Below, one piece after another: positions 23,335-36,954 of a stretch of 64,000 bases of DNA (its first letter is position 1; every line of letters begins with the position of its first letter). Both the position numbers and the translations under genes were made by a program. Source of the stretch: Zootoca vivipara. Lineage: Eukaryota. The DNA lies in contig NC_083280.1 of NCBI RefSeq assembly GCF_963506605.1, forward strand, positions 10,168,001-10,232,000, written 5' to 3'. The notes beneath the pieces are model-generated. The model had not been told where the DNA came from, ran no database searches, and saw only the letters and a list, made by a program, of their open reading frames with translations.

Positions 23335-23425
23335 TTCTGTTTTGTTGGAAGCCGCCCAGAGTGGCTGGGGGAACCCGGCCAGATGGGCGGGGTATAAATA
23401 ATAAATTATTATTATTATTATTATA
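23335..23425 (+). mobile_element. L2 LINE 3' terminus with (TTA)n tail
   Basis: GGAAGCCGCCCAGAGTGGCTGGGGGAACCCGGCCAGATGGGCGGGGTATAAATAATAAATTATTA. Confidence 0.8.
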
Positions 23426-23601
23426 ACAAGTGCAGGGAGAGGGATTTCATCAACTGAAATTTCCCCTTTGTTGCTGGTATTTTCTATCCTGCGTCACAAA
23501 CCACACATTGCACATATGTATTATCTAAACTTTATCTCATGTTCTGACCTATTTCTAATGGCTGAGCTTGAGTGATTGCACCCTAAAGCAGCAGCAGCAA
23601 C

Positions 23602-23602
<1 letters not shown>

Positions 23603-23636
<34 letters not shown>

Positions 23637-23654
23637 TTATTGTACACTAGGATA
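23603..23654. repeat. (CA)n microsatellite
   Basis: Perfect CA run; others at ~27777-27807 and ~33741-33771. Confidence 0.95.
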
Positions 23655-24964
23655 CATTAACCATTAAAGTAATTTATTGCTGAGGAATACCTGTAAAAGC
23701 TATCACACAACCAAGAAGATCTTACAGTGCTTTCAGATGAACTAGAAGTCAAAATGCCACTGTATGAATTCAGAATCGCATGGCTTGGCTAGGTGAAAGA
23801 CAGGATCGGGATATCCAGTGGGTTCTTTGTATTTAGTATTAAAATGGGGGGTGGCGGCTACCTGAGGCATGATGAGAGATGGGTTCCCCCCCCCACAAAA
23901 AAATCATTCCACCCCAATTAAAAACACACACTCAAACACAAAAAGCTGCTTCATGAAAGGAGACACATGTTTAGGGTTCAGTTGAGGAAATGTTGCAAGG
24001 AAATTGGTTTAAAATTATAATCCTCCATCAGGCAGCATACACGGTATGCAAGTCGCAATGTACCTTCATTTTATGTGTGCTTTTATTTAAAATGCCTCTC
24101 TGGGTTATTTGTAAGGCATAGGAATTTGTTCACACACACACACACCAAATATAGTCTGCCCCACACACAAGGTACGAGGAACAGTGGACCGGCCCCCAGC
24201 TTAAAAAGTTTGCTGACCCCTGCTATGACCACTATACCACACTGTCTCAGTATCTAGCCCAGTGTAGTCTTCTGACCAACAGGGGTTATCTGGGATCTCA
24301 GAAATGGTTTCCCCATCACCTAGCACTTGATGGAGATACCAGGAATTGAACCAGGAACCTTCTATATGCAAAGCAAATGCCATATCGCTAAGCTATCCCT
24401 ACCCACACCCCAAGAATGCATTGTTGCTGCTGCTGCTGCTACTACTACTGTTATTTCAACAGATATCCCACCTTGTCCACCTTACTGCCCAGGGCAGCAA
24501 ACACACTGAAACTAAAATAAAAAAAAAGTAATTGAAAAATAGTTAAAAACATTCTGAGCTGTATCCAATGGCAGTCCTACTCTGATTATGCACACTGAAA
24601 TTAACTTAGGTCCATCAATTTCAATGGGTCTACTCTAAGTAGGGCCAGCACTGCCTACAATCCACTAAAAACAGTTTAAAACACTGTCTCAACCAGTGAT
24701 TCCTGGGTTTACCAGGAGAGGTGAGACTCTCAGAAATGTCAAAACACTATCCCTTGGTAGCTGAACCCCAATTTTCCTCCAATTGTACTTTCAGTGTAAC
24801 TTGGTAACCACTTTAATCTAGAATTTGTTCAACACAGAAGTCTGCTTTCCAGCATCTGCACATGCAGAACTAGGTGACCAACCGTCTAAATCATGACCTC
24901 CTAGTGTATACGTCACTTACTTATTGCCAATTTAGTCAGTTGTCATAGGTTCATAAGGTATAGA

Positions 24965-25092
24965 CTGGGGATAAGGAACATGAGGACTATCTGGAGTTGT
25001 TGGACTACAACTCCCAGCATGGCCATGGTCAGGGGTGATGGGCATTATAGTCCAACAAAATCTGGAAGGCCATGAGGGTTCCTCCATCTCTG
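24965..25092. mobile_element. Degenerate hAT palindromic MITE related to the 3424 family
   Basis: GTTGTTGGACTACAACTCCCA...TGGGCATTATAGTCCAACAA inverted arms; similar decayed copies at ~49078-49340 and ~50367-50495. Confidence 0.6.
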
Positions 25093-27775
25093 TTCTAGGC
25101 CTTCTGCTCCAAAGAAAGACACGTCAGCCCCAAACCACAGCATTCTGATGACACTATGCCACAATCTGGAAGCTGGAGCAAAGGACTGATGATTTTTTAA
25201 AAATTCAAATCAAACTAATCTTATTAAGTTGGGCACAAGGACAGGCAGCTCAAGTATAAACTAGCAACCTTCAAACACAGACTACACACAGACTGCACAC
25301 GTCTAGCCAGAATCTCATTGAGTTCAAAGGGACTTGGTCCCAGCCAGGTTACCTTGTGCTGAATTGCTGCTTGAAGTGCACTTAGCTGATTTGAGAATTT
25401 TCAATCACAGTGCTAAACAATAAACATTTATTAATACATAGGGCATGGTCTATCAAAGTTACGCATTCATGTCTCATCCATTTCAGTGGGAGAGTTAAAC
25501 ACATAGGGAGGTGCCCAACTAAGTTATACTCAGAGGAGACCCTCTGAAATTGAACGCCTGTTAATTTCAATGAGTATCACTAGCATTGTTGATGGCCTAG
25601 TGTTTTATTACTGACCAGACTATGCCCTCTCTTTTATTTATTTTACGGTATGTATAACAGCATTGAACGAATTAATGGGCAGCATCCAGCCAAAGTTAAA
25701 CCACTTTATACACCACTGATTTCAGTGGTAAAAATGAATTTGGTACTAACAATGCAAACCAATGCATGTTTAATCAGAAGGAAGCCCCTCTGCATTCAGT
25801 GGGGCTTATTGAGCTTTAATCTCTCTTGCTGAAATCAGCGGGAATCAGAATGCTTACATTTTGTTGGATTGTAGTTCTCGGGGGGGGGGGGGGAGAGAAT
25901 GAAGCTCTAAATTTGTTTGCTGCTGTTGACTCATTATTCCACCATGCTTTGGGGTGCCTGGTCTGTTTGCATCAATTCCCATGTTACTTTCATGGATAGC
26001 AAAGTTTCCCATGTACATGTTGGAGAGGTATCTGCAGCTTGAAGCTTAAAACAACAATTTTGGGTATCACCCCTTTGAAAGCCTGGCCCAAAGTGTTTCA
26101 CAAGTGTTTCGATTATTTTTTAGTACAGCCTGCAAACTTGAAAGCAGGTGCAAAATGTTGACCTGGATATCTGTGCATGCTTTTCTCTTCCCCCCGCCCC
26201 TCGTTCCCTCTTTCCTAATATAATTTCTAATTCATCCCTCTTCCCCCCTAGCTTTGGGGGGTCTTTTTTCCTCTGCACATTTCTCGGTGCAAGTGGCACT
26301 CCATCACTCTGACGGGGTGCAAGGGAAGAAAAAGAATCCAGATCACAAAGCTTTAAAAAATTGTGCAAAGTGAAACAATCCTCCTGTGGACCCCAGTAAA
26401 TAAAATAACAGCAGTGGAGTGATTTGCAAGCATGTAACAGGCTTTTTGTCTCTGTCTCTTTCCCGGTGCCTCAAGGGGGTTTCTGAGTTCCTTCTCCACA
26501 GGTTCACAATGTTTTGCCTCTTGGCTACAAAGACCCCAAGCTCAAACCCCTCTTTGGAGAGCTCACCTCCCCCTTCAAATCTTTCACATGCTGAGGAATC
26601 ACTAACAGCAGACTGAAATGTTCCAGTGGGGTGCAGGGCACTGGCAATTTAGGATTTCAGCATTGCAGGATGGATTTTCAGAGTGCATCAGTAGTGCTCA
26701 TGCTGAAATTAAAAACAGCCTTTCATTGTATCTTTAACTCTTCCATCACCAACTCTTCATTTTAAAAAAAAAGAATATGTAGGGCTGCTCACCAAAGTTT
26801 CCTTTGGCAATGATAGAAATAGTGAGAATCTGATTTGCAACTTGAATTTAAATCTTAATAGCTTGCCAGCAATATAACAGCTCTAGAAATGATTAGATTT
26901 GCTGGGTTTGCCCCTCTTTTATTTTATTTTGCGTCTTGCATTTGCATTCTGGATATCATTCAGTAACTCTGATTGGTTTGTGGAAAGCAAACTTTTAAAT
27001 GTACGGTGTATATATTTTAATGTAGGACCCCCGTCTTTCTACAAAACAGCTTCCAGTTCACTCTTTCTGGGTGGCTTGTTAAATTGGTCTGCTGTGGATT
27101 CAGTCCACAATTGACTGATCCACAGTGGATTACTGTGTGATTCTGCTTCCAGTGTTAAGGACAAAGGAGGCAAAGTTTCAATTTCTGGCTCATTAGGAAG
27201 CACTCTGCCAGGGATTGAAATGTGGGAAATAGTTTAAAGTGTGTGTGTTTCATTATCAAATATTATTACTACTCAAATCAGTTCTTAACATGAACAAATG
27301 CTATAAAACGAGCTTGCATTTTAAGAAATAAATGCAAAACAAAATTATTTGCTGTGAAGTTTGAAGTACGAAAGATAGTTTTCAAATCCTGAAAGCGAGT
27401 TTATTTAGAGGACTTCCTTTTGCAGCAACCTTCTAAGGGCACTGAGTCCTATACACAACTTAATCACAAGTAGACCAAGTTAGGTTTGTGCTGTAAGTCA
27501 CAGTTTGGAAGATCCATTCATCCAGAGCATTTATACCCCATAGTAGCTTACAAATTAATAAATAAAAAGTCCCTGCTTTTGGACCTTCAGTTTAAAAATG
27601 CATGGCACGAAAGGTAAAAGGGATGAGAAGGGAAGAAGAACACCAGCAAATTCATCCTGTTCTCCTACTATCTGCTTTGCAATCTTGATTTATGGGACTT
27701 TAGCAACCAACCCTTAAACTACTGCTTACACTTTCTGCTCATATGAAGTGAAACTTCCATTTGGGGCTTTGATTG

Positions 27776-27809
<34 letters not shown>

Positions 27810-30800
27810 ATGTATTCTTTGCTCCTCATATTCAATGCATCATCAAGTCATAGTCCCGGGGCATGGTTTGAGGACACACTTTGCCGCCTCCTTGCTGAAC
27901 TTTAATAGATCTGGCATCTGGGCCTGGTCACCACCTGGCTGTGAAACCAGTGGGTCCTGGGAACCTCCCCTTGTACACCGCCTTGTGGGATAGGGCCTCC
28001 CACTCAGCATGATTCCTTTACTCTCAGGAGAGCAGGCTGAGATCATACGAGCAGAATCCCAGGGCCTGAGATTCCCCATCCCTATTGTAGGGTCTGCTGT
28101 GCTGGGATTGTCTCTTGGGAGGGTTAGCTGACTAGGTATTCAGAGAAGTTGGTATTGATGGTGCGCTTGAATCCCAGAGCTTTGCCCAGCAGGCTCATGG
28201 TGGGAACAGGAATGCCGGTGGTACTGGAGGTGAGAAGCAAGGCAAGCCGGGAGATGTGGCTTAAGACACACATACCCCAGCGGCTTCCACGGCCAGACAA
28301 TCAAAGGGCTTTTTCCCTTTAAGCCTGTATGCTCAATGATTGATCAACTGACTAATTAAAGAGTCAACTACAGATAAGTCACTCTACATACTGCTAAACC
28401 TCAATATATTTTGAGTATAGTGAAAGAAGCATGAAGGAAGTTCATTTTCATAAAAGAAAAAGTGGGGAGATACAACCCAAACCCCTGCCAATAATTCTCC
28501 AAAGGAAAATCCATTTTTGATCTTGTCTTCTCCAGTCCATATTATGCTAAAATGTGCTGGAGTTGAGGGTCTCTGAAAATAAAAAAAGTGCCCCTCAGCC
28601 CTGCCAATTAAATCCTGCCCCCAAATAATCTGTGAGTGCTTTATTAGATTAATCTGCTGCTTATGTTGACAACAATTTAGCGCTCTGGTTGATTTATTTT
28701 AATAAAAAAATAATCTTTTAAAAACATCTTGTCACCCACATTGAGTCAATGAGACAGTATGATATATTAATCCTCATAGTTTTTGTTTTTTTAATGCACA
28801 GCCTAGATCATTCTCCCCCTTCCCCAAAGGCAATTGTCACACTAAAAAGACAAATTGTTTGCAACTTTATTAGAAATCCTGCTACTACCGTGCAGCGTCC
28901 GCCAAAAAACAGAAGGCTGTCAGGAGTCACCCAGGATGGTTGGGGTCCAGTAAACTCCGGAGAACAGAGCTATTCTGTTGATGACCTTCGATCAACAGCT
29001 CTAGTCACTCCACGTCAGTCAGCCGGACAAACAAACAAACAGCCCGATCATATGCCCAAATGCACATGATGGATGCAGATGTGAGGCTCTGAAAGGACCC
29101 CTTTGCATTCAGAAACACCTGCAGGAATTCCAGAAGCACTGGAATGCCTTCTACCCTAATGCATCCGGGGGTGGGGTGGGGTGGGGGGTGGATCCTCACA
29201 CATATCTACACACACACAAAGCACCTCATCCCAGGGGATGCTGCTGAGCATCCCATGCTCTCCCATTGAGGTCAGCTGGGTCCAGGCTTGGCTGTGATAG
29301 AACAACTCCTGGAATTTGTGCTATCCCATCCCTGCGGTGAAGAACAGTGGGGAAGGGGAGGGGGAGTTCTTCCTGTGGTATTCCCACAATGCCTTGCACC
29401 TGCTTGGGAAACCAAGAATGAAAGGATTCTTTTCTAATCTCTCGGCCTAATCCTCAAACCGTGGCTACAGCAGCAACGTCTCCCTCGCCAGAGAGAAAGA
29501 AAAGGCCATCTCTGGTGTCAGTTTTGTGTGGGCAGCGCATCCAATGAAAAAGTCCATGAAAGGTGGCAGGCGGAAGAGGGTGAAATCGACGAGGGAATTT
29601 TACACACCTCCTTTCTGGAAGAGTCCCTGCTTTTTAGGCTGAACATTGCCACCAACGTCATGGGCATTGCACAAGCAGTTGCTTGTGGCACCTGCACACT
29701 ACTGCATATTTCAAGTGTCCTCCCTGCTGTTAAAATAATTGCCTTATCCCAGCTAGTACATTTTGCTATTTGAGGGTTGGGTTACAATGCTCAAAACATG
29801 TGAGAAACATATTCTCCTGAGGGAAGCTGTAAGGAACCTGAGCTTCACTGAACAATGACTGCATGAGCCAATGGTCTGGAATTGCAACCCATGTCAGTGT
29901 TCATGCCATCTTCTCTCTTATAAATCACTAAGCGGTTGCAGAGCACATACCTAATTTCAGTAACATAGCAAGGATGGGGAGATAGCAAGACCTACCCCGG
30001 GAGCAACCTGGCTGAGGCACAAAATGGGCGTTAAAGGTCATTCATGTAATATATTATTAGTTATCAAAGCAAATCTGAATTCTGTTGCGTTTTCCCCCCC
30101 TCTTGAGATTGGAATAATGAGGCGTGGTGAAGGGTGAAAAAGTGAGATAATCACTTTTTCTGGAAAGTTTGGTGCAAGAAACAAAATCTACAATTACTTT
30201 TTAACTCACTCCAAATTTTACCAATCACTCTCATTGTGGATCAGTCCAAAGGTAAATCCTGTTTTGGTTTTTTTACTTTACTCATCACATATAATCCATT
30301 GGCTATTTATTTTCAATTTGTGTGGAGCTTGGCCCTGGAAAATAAGGACCGTAGGAAGCACCAGTTTATTTTGCAATTTCCACTTTCCTTCTGGGTTCTT
30401 TTATAGGAGAAGTGGTCTCACACAACATTTTCCAACCTGACTGTGAGGACCCTTAATGCAAGCCAAGATCAAATATTTCTTAACTCTTTGACACCCATCT
30501 CTTCTCCTTACTTTTCTATATGCTTTTTATATACTTTTAAAATTTTGAAAACTTGCATTTTTAGCAACCAGAAGCATGGCTGGCTGTGCAGCTTGAAGCT
30601 GGGAAAAATATCTAGCCTGCCTCTGAAAATAAAGCAGCACCCAGTGATCTCAGCTGCTCCAGAATATGTCTCTTTCTCACCCCCCCCCCCCCGCCCCCAA
30701 CAAACTTCCTTATACATCCATCAGGCTCCCTTTCCTCTCTCACTGCTCACATGATGCTTTGTTTATAATTGCCTCCAGAGACAAGGCCAAGTACCATTTC

Positions 30801-31438
30801 ACCCCCTACCCCCAGTAGGTCGGCTAGATTCAGGGCCCCCACACATCGAAACTTTAAACTTTTTCTGATGTCCCTGAGTGGTGCTTTTCTTTCTCTATTC
30901 AACTTGTGCCTACATTTTGGGTTCCAAACAAAGCTGTTCCCTGGACCTCAGAACTTCTAGGAGCAGAACTGGGTGCAAGCAAGTGCCAGACATTGTCCGC
31001 TCCTAAAGGATGCCAGGGAGCTGAGCCGCCCAGCAGCAAATTAGAAACTTTTGGCTCCTAAAGAATGAGCTGGGTTGTTTGTTCCTGCTCTCTGCAGCTG
31101 CTTCCCCCCTTCTCTTCCTCCCCCCTCCCCCCTCCCCCATTTTTGTGGTTTATTACACACAGGGTCCTTGATGAATGGGAGCCCCTGTTTTACAGTACAC
31201 CCCACTTACAGGACTTCTCTCCAGGCCCACCACAGATCTGACTCATCAGCAGCAGGGCACCGCCATCATAATTCTTCCTAGAAACCAGAGGATAAAAAGG
31301 GGTTTGTTGGAGGTTGGCTGGCCTGCCGGGAGTCCTGCCTGCAGGCCCTGCTAATGCCATAGCTAGTTGTTCAGGTCTTTGGCCGAATAAGGTAACAGAA
31401 ACAAAGATTGTTCCCTTGTTGGAAAAGGCGACTGTGCC

Positions 31439-31609
31439 NNNNNNNNNNNNNNNNNNNNNNNNNNNNNNNNNNNNNNNNNNNNNNNNNNNNNNNNNNNNNN
31501 NNNNNNNNNNNNNNNNNNNNNNNNNNNNNNNNNNNNNNNNNNNNNNNNNNNNNNNNNNNNNNNNNNNNNNNNNNNNNNNNNNNNNNNNNNNNNNNNNNNN
31601 NNNNNNNNN
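31439..31609. other. Assembly gap (N run)
   Basis: 171 N. Confidence 1.
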
Positions 31610-31820
31610 AAGTAGGATTAAGCCTGCGAGTGCAACTTTATGAGGTCTGGCTGGGTGGTGGAGAGACTCTCCAGAGTGGAAGGAGCCAGTTCAAACATAA
31701 TTTATGACATGTCACTCATAGTTAGAGGCGGCTGTCGTTAAGAGTTAATTGTTGCATTGTGCTCAGCGTCTACTGATAAGAATTCTATAAGCTGCTTACA
31801 TGTTATCATAACTCATGGGT

Positions 31821-31824
<4 letters not shown>

Positions 31825-31883
<59 letters not shown>
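31825..31883. repeat. (GA)n microsatellite
   Basis: About 29 perfect AG units. Confidence 0.98.
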
Positions 31884-31885
<2 letters not shown>

Positions 31886-32299
31886 TAGTAAAGGGAAAAT
31901 GAAAGTGATTACTCACCAGTCATCATCAGCAAGTGAGTGAGTGAGAGGCTGTTGTGGGATCAGTGCCCCAGGTGTAACTCAGGGGCACCTGAGGTTAAGC
32001 TCCCCTTGGCCAAGGACTCATTGTGTAGCCCACTGATTTAGTCATGCTCTGTCTACATCAATTCCCCACCTGTACCTTGGGAATATTTATCCCCAGAGTG
32101 TGCTATTGTACTGTAACTAGACCTGCACCGTAATTGCTACTGGCCACAGAATTATTTTCATCCCAAGAACATCAGTTTTCACTTATTTATTTTAAAAGTT
32201 TCAAGCCCTCATAGACTGGCTTGAAAGTGCATGGTTGTTGTTGTTGCTGCTGCTGCTGTTCCTTGTCAGGGGAGGGGAAACAATTTTTACAATTACTGT

Positions 32300-32470
32300 A
32301 CTACTGTACTTGCCTTTATAATCTCGGAACTCAGAGCAATAACGAATATTTCTCCTCTCTCCTTTTATCCTCACAACAACCCTGTGAGTCAGGTCATGCT
32401 GATATAGAATCATTGCAATTTAAAACTGTGGTTGAAATGAATCTTGGAGGTCACCCAGACTAACCTACTG
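32300..32470 (-). mobile_element. MIR/CORE-SINE-like fragment
   Basis: TTTTATCCTCACAACAACCCTGTGAG is the reverse of the CORE-SINE central motif. Confidence 0.6.
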
Positions 32471-33739
32471 ATTATCGGAATACTCAACGTAGGGTGCATC
32501 AACAGCATTCACAAGAAATGGCTATGAATGCCTGTTTAAATGCCTGCAGTAAAGCAGAGGAGGAAATCTGTTCCACGTTGAACCGTTTTTCTTGTCAACA
32601 AGTTTATCTGAGTGTTTTAGCAAACTCTCCTTCAGGTGCCCTGCCAGTGCACCCGCATCACACCATCCTCCCCGCTGCAAATTATCTAGCACGAAAGGCA
32701 GAATTTGTGCATCCCTCCTGCACAAGTTCTAATTGTACAGGAACTCTTGAGAGTAGCATATAAATTTATCAAATAAAATAAAAGAGAGTAACTTGAACAA
32801 TTCGCTCTGGGAGAGACATGCCAGTTTCACCCCTCCCAAGAATCACATCCCACTTCCCCCCCCCCCCCCCCCGTGATCTGGATGCACAAAACAGTTCTTC
32901 ATTCATTTCGAGCTACTGCTTCATGTTGCCTCACAGAGCCAAACTAGTTGTGCCCCATTTGTTCAACCACCTGTTCGCTCTGTTCACAGCTAAAGCAGGG
33001 AGGTAAGTGATTTTAACATCAATAGAGGCACGTGGTGTCATTCCAAATTCAACATCCTCTCTGCAGATCCACGTTGGCTCTCAGAAGCAGGGGTCTTGGC
33101 GCGGGCTCTGCCTTCAACAGAAACCCACGCCCTGGTTATTCTGACAGTTGATTGCTGACAAGGCTTCTCTGATGCGCCTGGCTTCAGAATGCAGCTGCAT
33201 GTTTGCTCATGGCCTTGCACTGCCGCGATCATATTACGCCCACCATGGTTGTCTCTAAAGAGAGGGATTGGCTTTAAGCCTGCGCTGTTCCTTTTTAAAG
33301 CTCTTAATGGAGTAGGCCTTGGATGTCTTAAAGACCTCACCCATCAGACCCAGGCTTAAGGAGATCTTGGCCAAGACATTATCTACTGTTTCAAAAATCC
33401 ACCATTCCTCCGCCAGCACATATACCTCATGTGGGTCTTGCCTTCCATTATTTCACCCCTTAATTTCCTGCATGCTGCATTTCCATGCTCTGATATGCGG
33501 CGTGCAGTTTGTGAAGGTGAGTCCGTCGCTGGATGATATGTTGACCAAGGGGTATTGGGGAAGCTTGAGTTCAAATCTGACATGCTGACATGGAGTTTCT
33601 GGGTCTTCGGGAAGTCAGCCCTATTTTCTAGTTAGTTTAGCTGAAATACCTGTCACTAACCCCCACACAACACTGCTTTATGGACCAATGGATTGACGAG
33701 GCACATTGCACAGGTAAACTGCTATATAGATTTGATGAC

Positions 33740-33775
<36 letters not shown>

Positions 33776-34736
33776 CAATCAAAACCCCAATAACGCTCCA
33801 TTAAATAATAAGCTGAAGACAGGGACAAGATACAAAACAGGCCAACTGCCACTGTCAGTAGCTAGCTAAATGGCCATAACACAATGCTGTGATACGAGGT
33901 TGTAGAAAAAACAATGCTTTCTAGAACTAGCCCTGTTAAACTCTCATTTACTAAGTGCCATGTTTAAGATTCAGAGATGATAAAATTTTGTTGACTAGCT
34001 TTATTTTGCTTAGGTAAAGTTTTTAAAATTCCCTTGACTGTCTCTCATGACAAGACAGATTGATGGCTTGAGAGGAACTGAGGAAGCTCCCTCATTCCGA
34101 GTTACACTGGTCCATCTAGCTCACTATTGCCCACACCAACTGGGTGCAACTTTTCAGGATTGTAGACAGAGAACATTCCCATCCTTTCTGGAGATTCCAG
34201 GGAGCAATGTTTGTTGTGTTGATGGGTACATTGTGTAGCATAGCTGCTTTCAGTTCCTCACACTGCGGATGCTTCCAGACCTGTTGCTATTTTGCAGGTG
34301 GGATTCAGTGACATACCAACAAATTCAGGTCACACCAACACTGTATACTTAAAGCCCTCTTATATCACTTCAGCAGCCATGGCTCCCCCTCCCCACAAGG
34401 AATCATGGGCGTTGTCCACTGTTAATGGTGCTGAGAGCTGTTAGGAGGCTCTTAACAAACCACAGTTACCTTGATTCTTGGCGTGAAGGGGAGGAATCCA
34501 TGATAGTTAAAGTGATATAGGAGTGGGCTGCACTGCTAAAGTGGATTTGGACTTCTGTGCAACGAGCCCACTCCCAAAACAAACCAGGCCATTCTGCAGT
34601 AATGATATGGGAAAGTGCACTGGAAAGGGTGGGATAACCACTGCATGACACAGTGTCATATCAAACCTCCCCACAAACAAATCAGAATGAATGCTCATTT
34701 GCATGCAGATGGATAACGCTGAATGCTCAATAAACA

Positions 34737-34904
34737 CAGGGCCAGTCCACCCATGAGGCAGACTGAGGCAGCTGCCTCAGGCGGTGGAACCCCAAGAGGA
34801 GGTGCCCCCATGGGCATTCCGCCTCTTTCACCACTGGCACAGAAGCATTGAGAAGGCACCTTTCCTTTTTGCCTCAGGCGGCGAAGCAGGACGTGCCATG
34901 CCTG
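34737..34904. mobile_element. hAT-like non-autonomous element
   Basis: CAGGGCC... / ...GCCATGCCTG ends, repeated TGCCTCAGGCGG / TGAGGCA motifs, TSD AATAAACA / AATAAGCA (7/8). Confidence 0.7.
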
Positions 34905-36954
34905 AATAAGCAGGTCACCTGGGGGCAACCTTTGTGGCCTGGGCTTGTGGGTTGATCCAATGTGGTAGGGACAGGGCTGAGTCCTCCCTAGCAGCAGTGG
35001 ACACTGAACAGGTTCCTTGCAGCACTTATGGACCTTGTTTTGGGGCAGATGTGTCTATATTTAATGAAGGATAGATGTGTAGTTATTTTGGTACCCAGAT
35101 GAGATGCTTCAGGGTTGAGAAAGACCTTTTACTTATCTGAAATCTTCAGATGAAAGGTGTGCTCCCTGCCTTTCCCTCTGGAGCACCAAGGCCAAAGTTA
35201 TTCCCCAATAGCACACCTTTTGGGAAGAAAATCAGTGGGAAGGCTTAAGAGTTAGGCTCCAGACATAGTTGCATATGTGGCAGGCTTTTCTGTGCAGGTG
35301 GACATGTACACCCACATCCACACAGCATGGGGACCAAAGTGGGCCAGACCTAGCACCTCAGTCATATTTGACTACACATCCTGACACAGCTGCGGTGTAG
35401 TGACCAGGAAGCCTCTGATTCACATTTTGCTTCTCCATTGAATTCACACTTCCTCAGTCTTTATGCTACTCTATCTGCGTATGGAATGTGAAAAGCGGGG
35501 TTACAAGGAGTACAAGATGGAACTTTTTCCTTTCCTTTTTTTAATGCTTTGAAGTGCCATATAAATCTATGTAGTCCTTTCATAAAGTTTCCTTTCCAGC
35601 AAGGAAAATCATGGCCAGTATTCAGCACACTCGTTCCATCAACACAAAGACTTTTGACTGCCCAGCAGAACTTCCCTCCCCCGCCTCACCCTCTACTATG
35701 GGATTTTCTCCAACCCTGCAAAACAGATTGGGGGAGGATGCAGGACACACTGGGAGAAGAGAGCAGGTAGCTTTGCTGCGCAAATGGAAATCCTTGCACT
35801 AACAGAAGGAGTGCATTGGCTACTACTCCTGTGTGGGGGAGCAGTTTCTCTGCTTTGCTGGATCATGGAAAAAAAGAAGAGTCCTCACTTTAAAGTAGCG
35901 TGTGAAGAGAAGGACTGCAAGTGCCATTGAATGCAGCCTTTGGCAGATGGGCTTTTGCAATCTCTCATTTCACTTGGGAAGTTGTCTCCCAAAATGCATG
36001 CTTCAGATGGTAGGACTACTCACACATGGAAGAAAAAGATGTCTGAGCTACTTCTGAAGATGTACGGATGCACATGTTGGAGAAAGGAAGGCCATTTCTC
36101 CACTACCAAATTGGTCAGACACCAGGGATGAGAAAGAGATTTTGTCTTTTCTTATGCATTTCAGTCTTATACATGTTTACACAGAAACAAGCCCTTCTGA
36201 GTTCACTGTGGCTTGCTCCCATGTAAGTGTACATAGGATTGCAGCTTTAGCACATGGCAGTAATTAAAGTTGCTCTGCAGGTATTTCAAGGTGGGTCCCC
36301 CTGGCCGTTCCTGCTCTCTCTTTATGCACAGAATTGTATTCTAGGTGATGCGAGTTCAGCAGTAAGGAGCTGATCATTACAGATAATTTCTACAGCTCTG
36401 TTCAGCATGCAGAGTGCTCAATTTTTCATTCAACATTGTAAGAATTACATCCAATATAGATTACATCATGCCCAATAAGAGCCTCAAATTTACATTGCTA
36501 TTACATTATTCTAATAGCAACCCAGATCTTCCCTCCAGACCAGTCCAAACAACAGTAATGCAAGTTCATTAGGCCATAATTTTATTTCAACTTAAATGTC
36601 TCACCTGTCGTATTTTAGGTTTTCATTTAAGGCCCTGAAGCTGTCTTTTTAGACAGTTCATCTTTTTGGACAGCTCATCAGATTCCCAAGTCCTTGCTGT
36701 AGTCCAGCACTTAAGAGTGAAAGGGTCACCCAATCCCACAGGAAGCTGAGTGATCCCTGATAAATCTGATTAGCTGCAAACATTTCCACATCAGCTCTCA
36801 AGGCTTAACTGAACAACAGGAAACTTTTTTGCTGCATTGTGTTCCTGTGACTTCCGCCTTCTTCACTGAAATTTGTCCCCATTGACCCTCCTGTTCTTGT
36901 GCTCATCTAAACTCCAGATCCTGCTCCCGGTCTTCCTGGCAAAACTTTGCATGG

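Noticed and set aside
1904-28348. Exact 14-mer AATGATTGATCAAC shared by two candidate enhancers (1904 and 28335)
   Set aside because: Several 14-bp matches are expected by chance in 64 kb, so it is not evidence of duplication.
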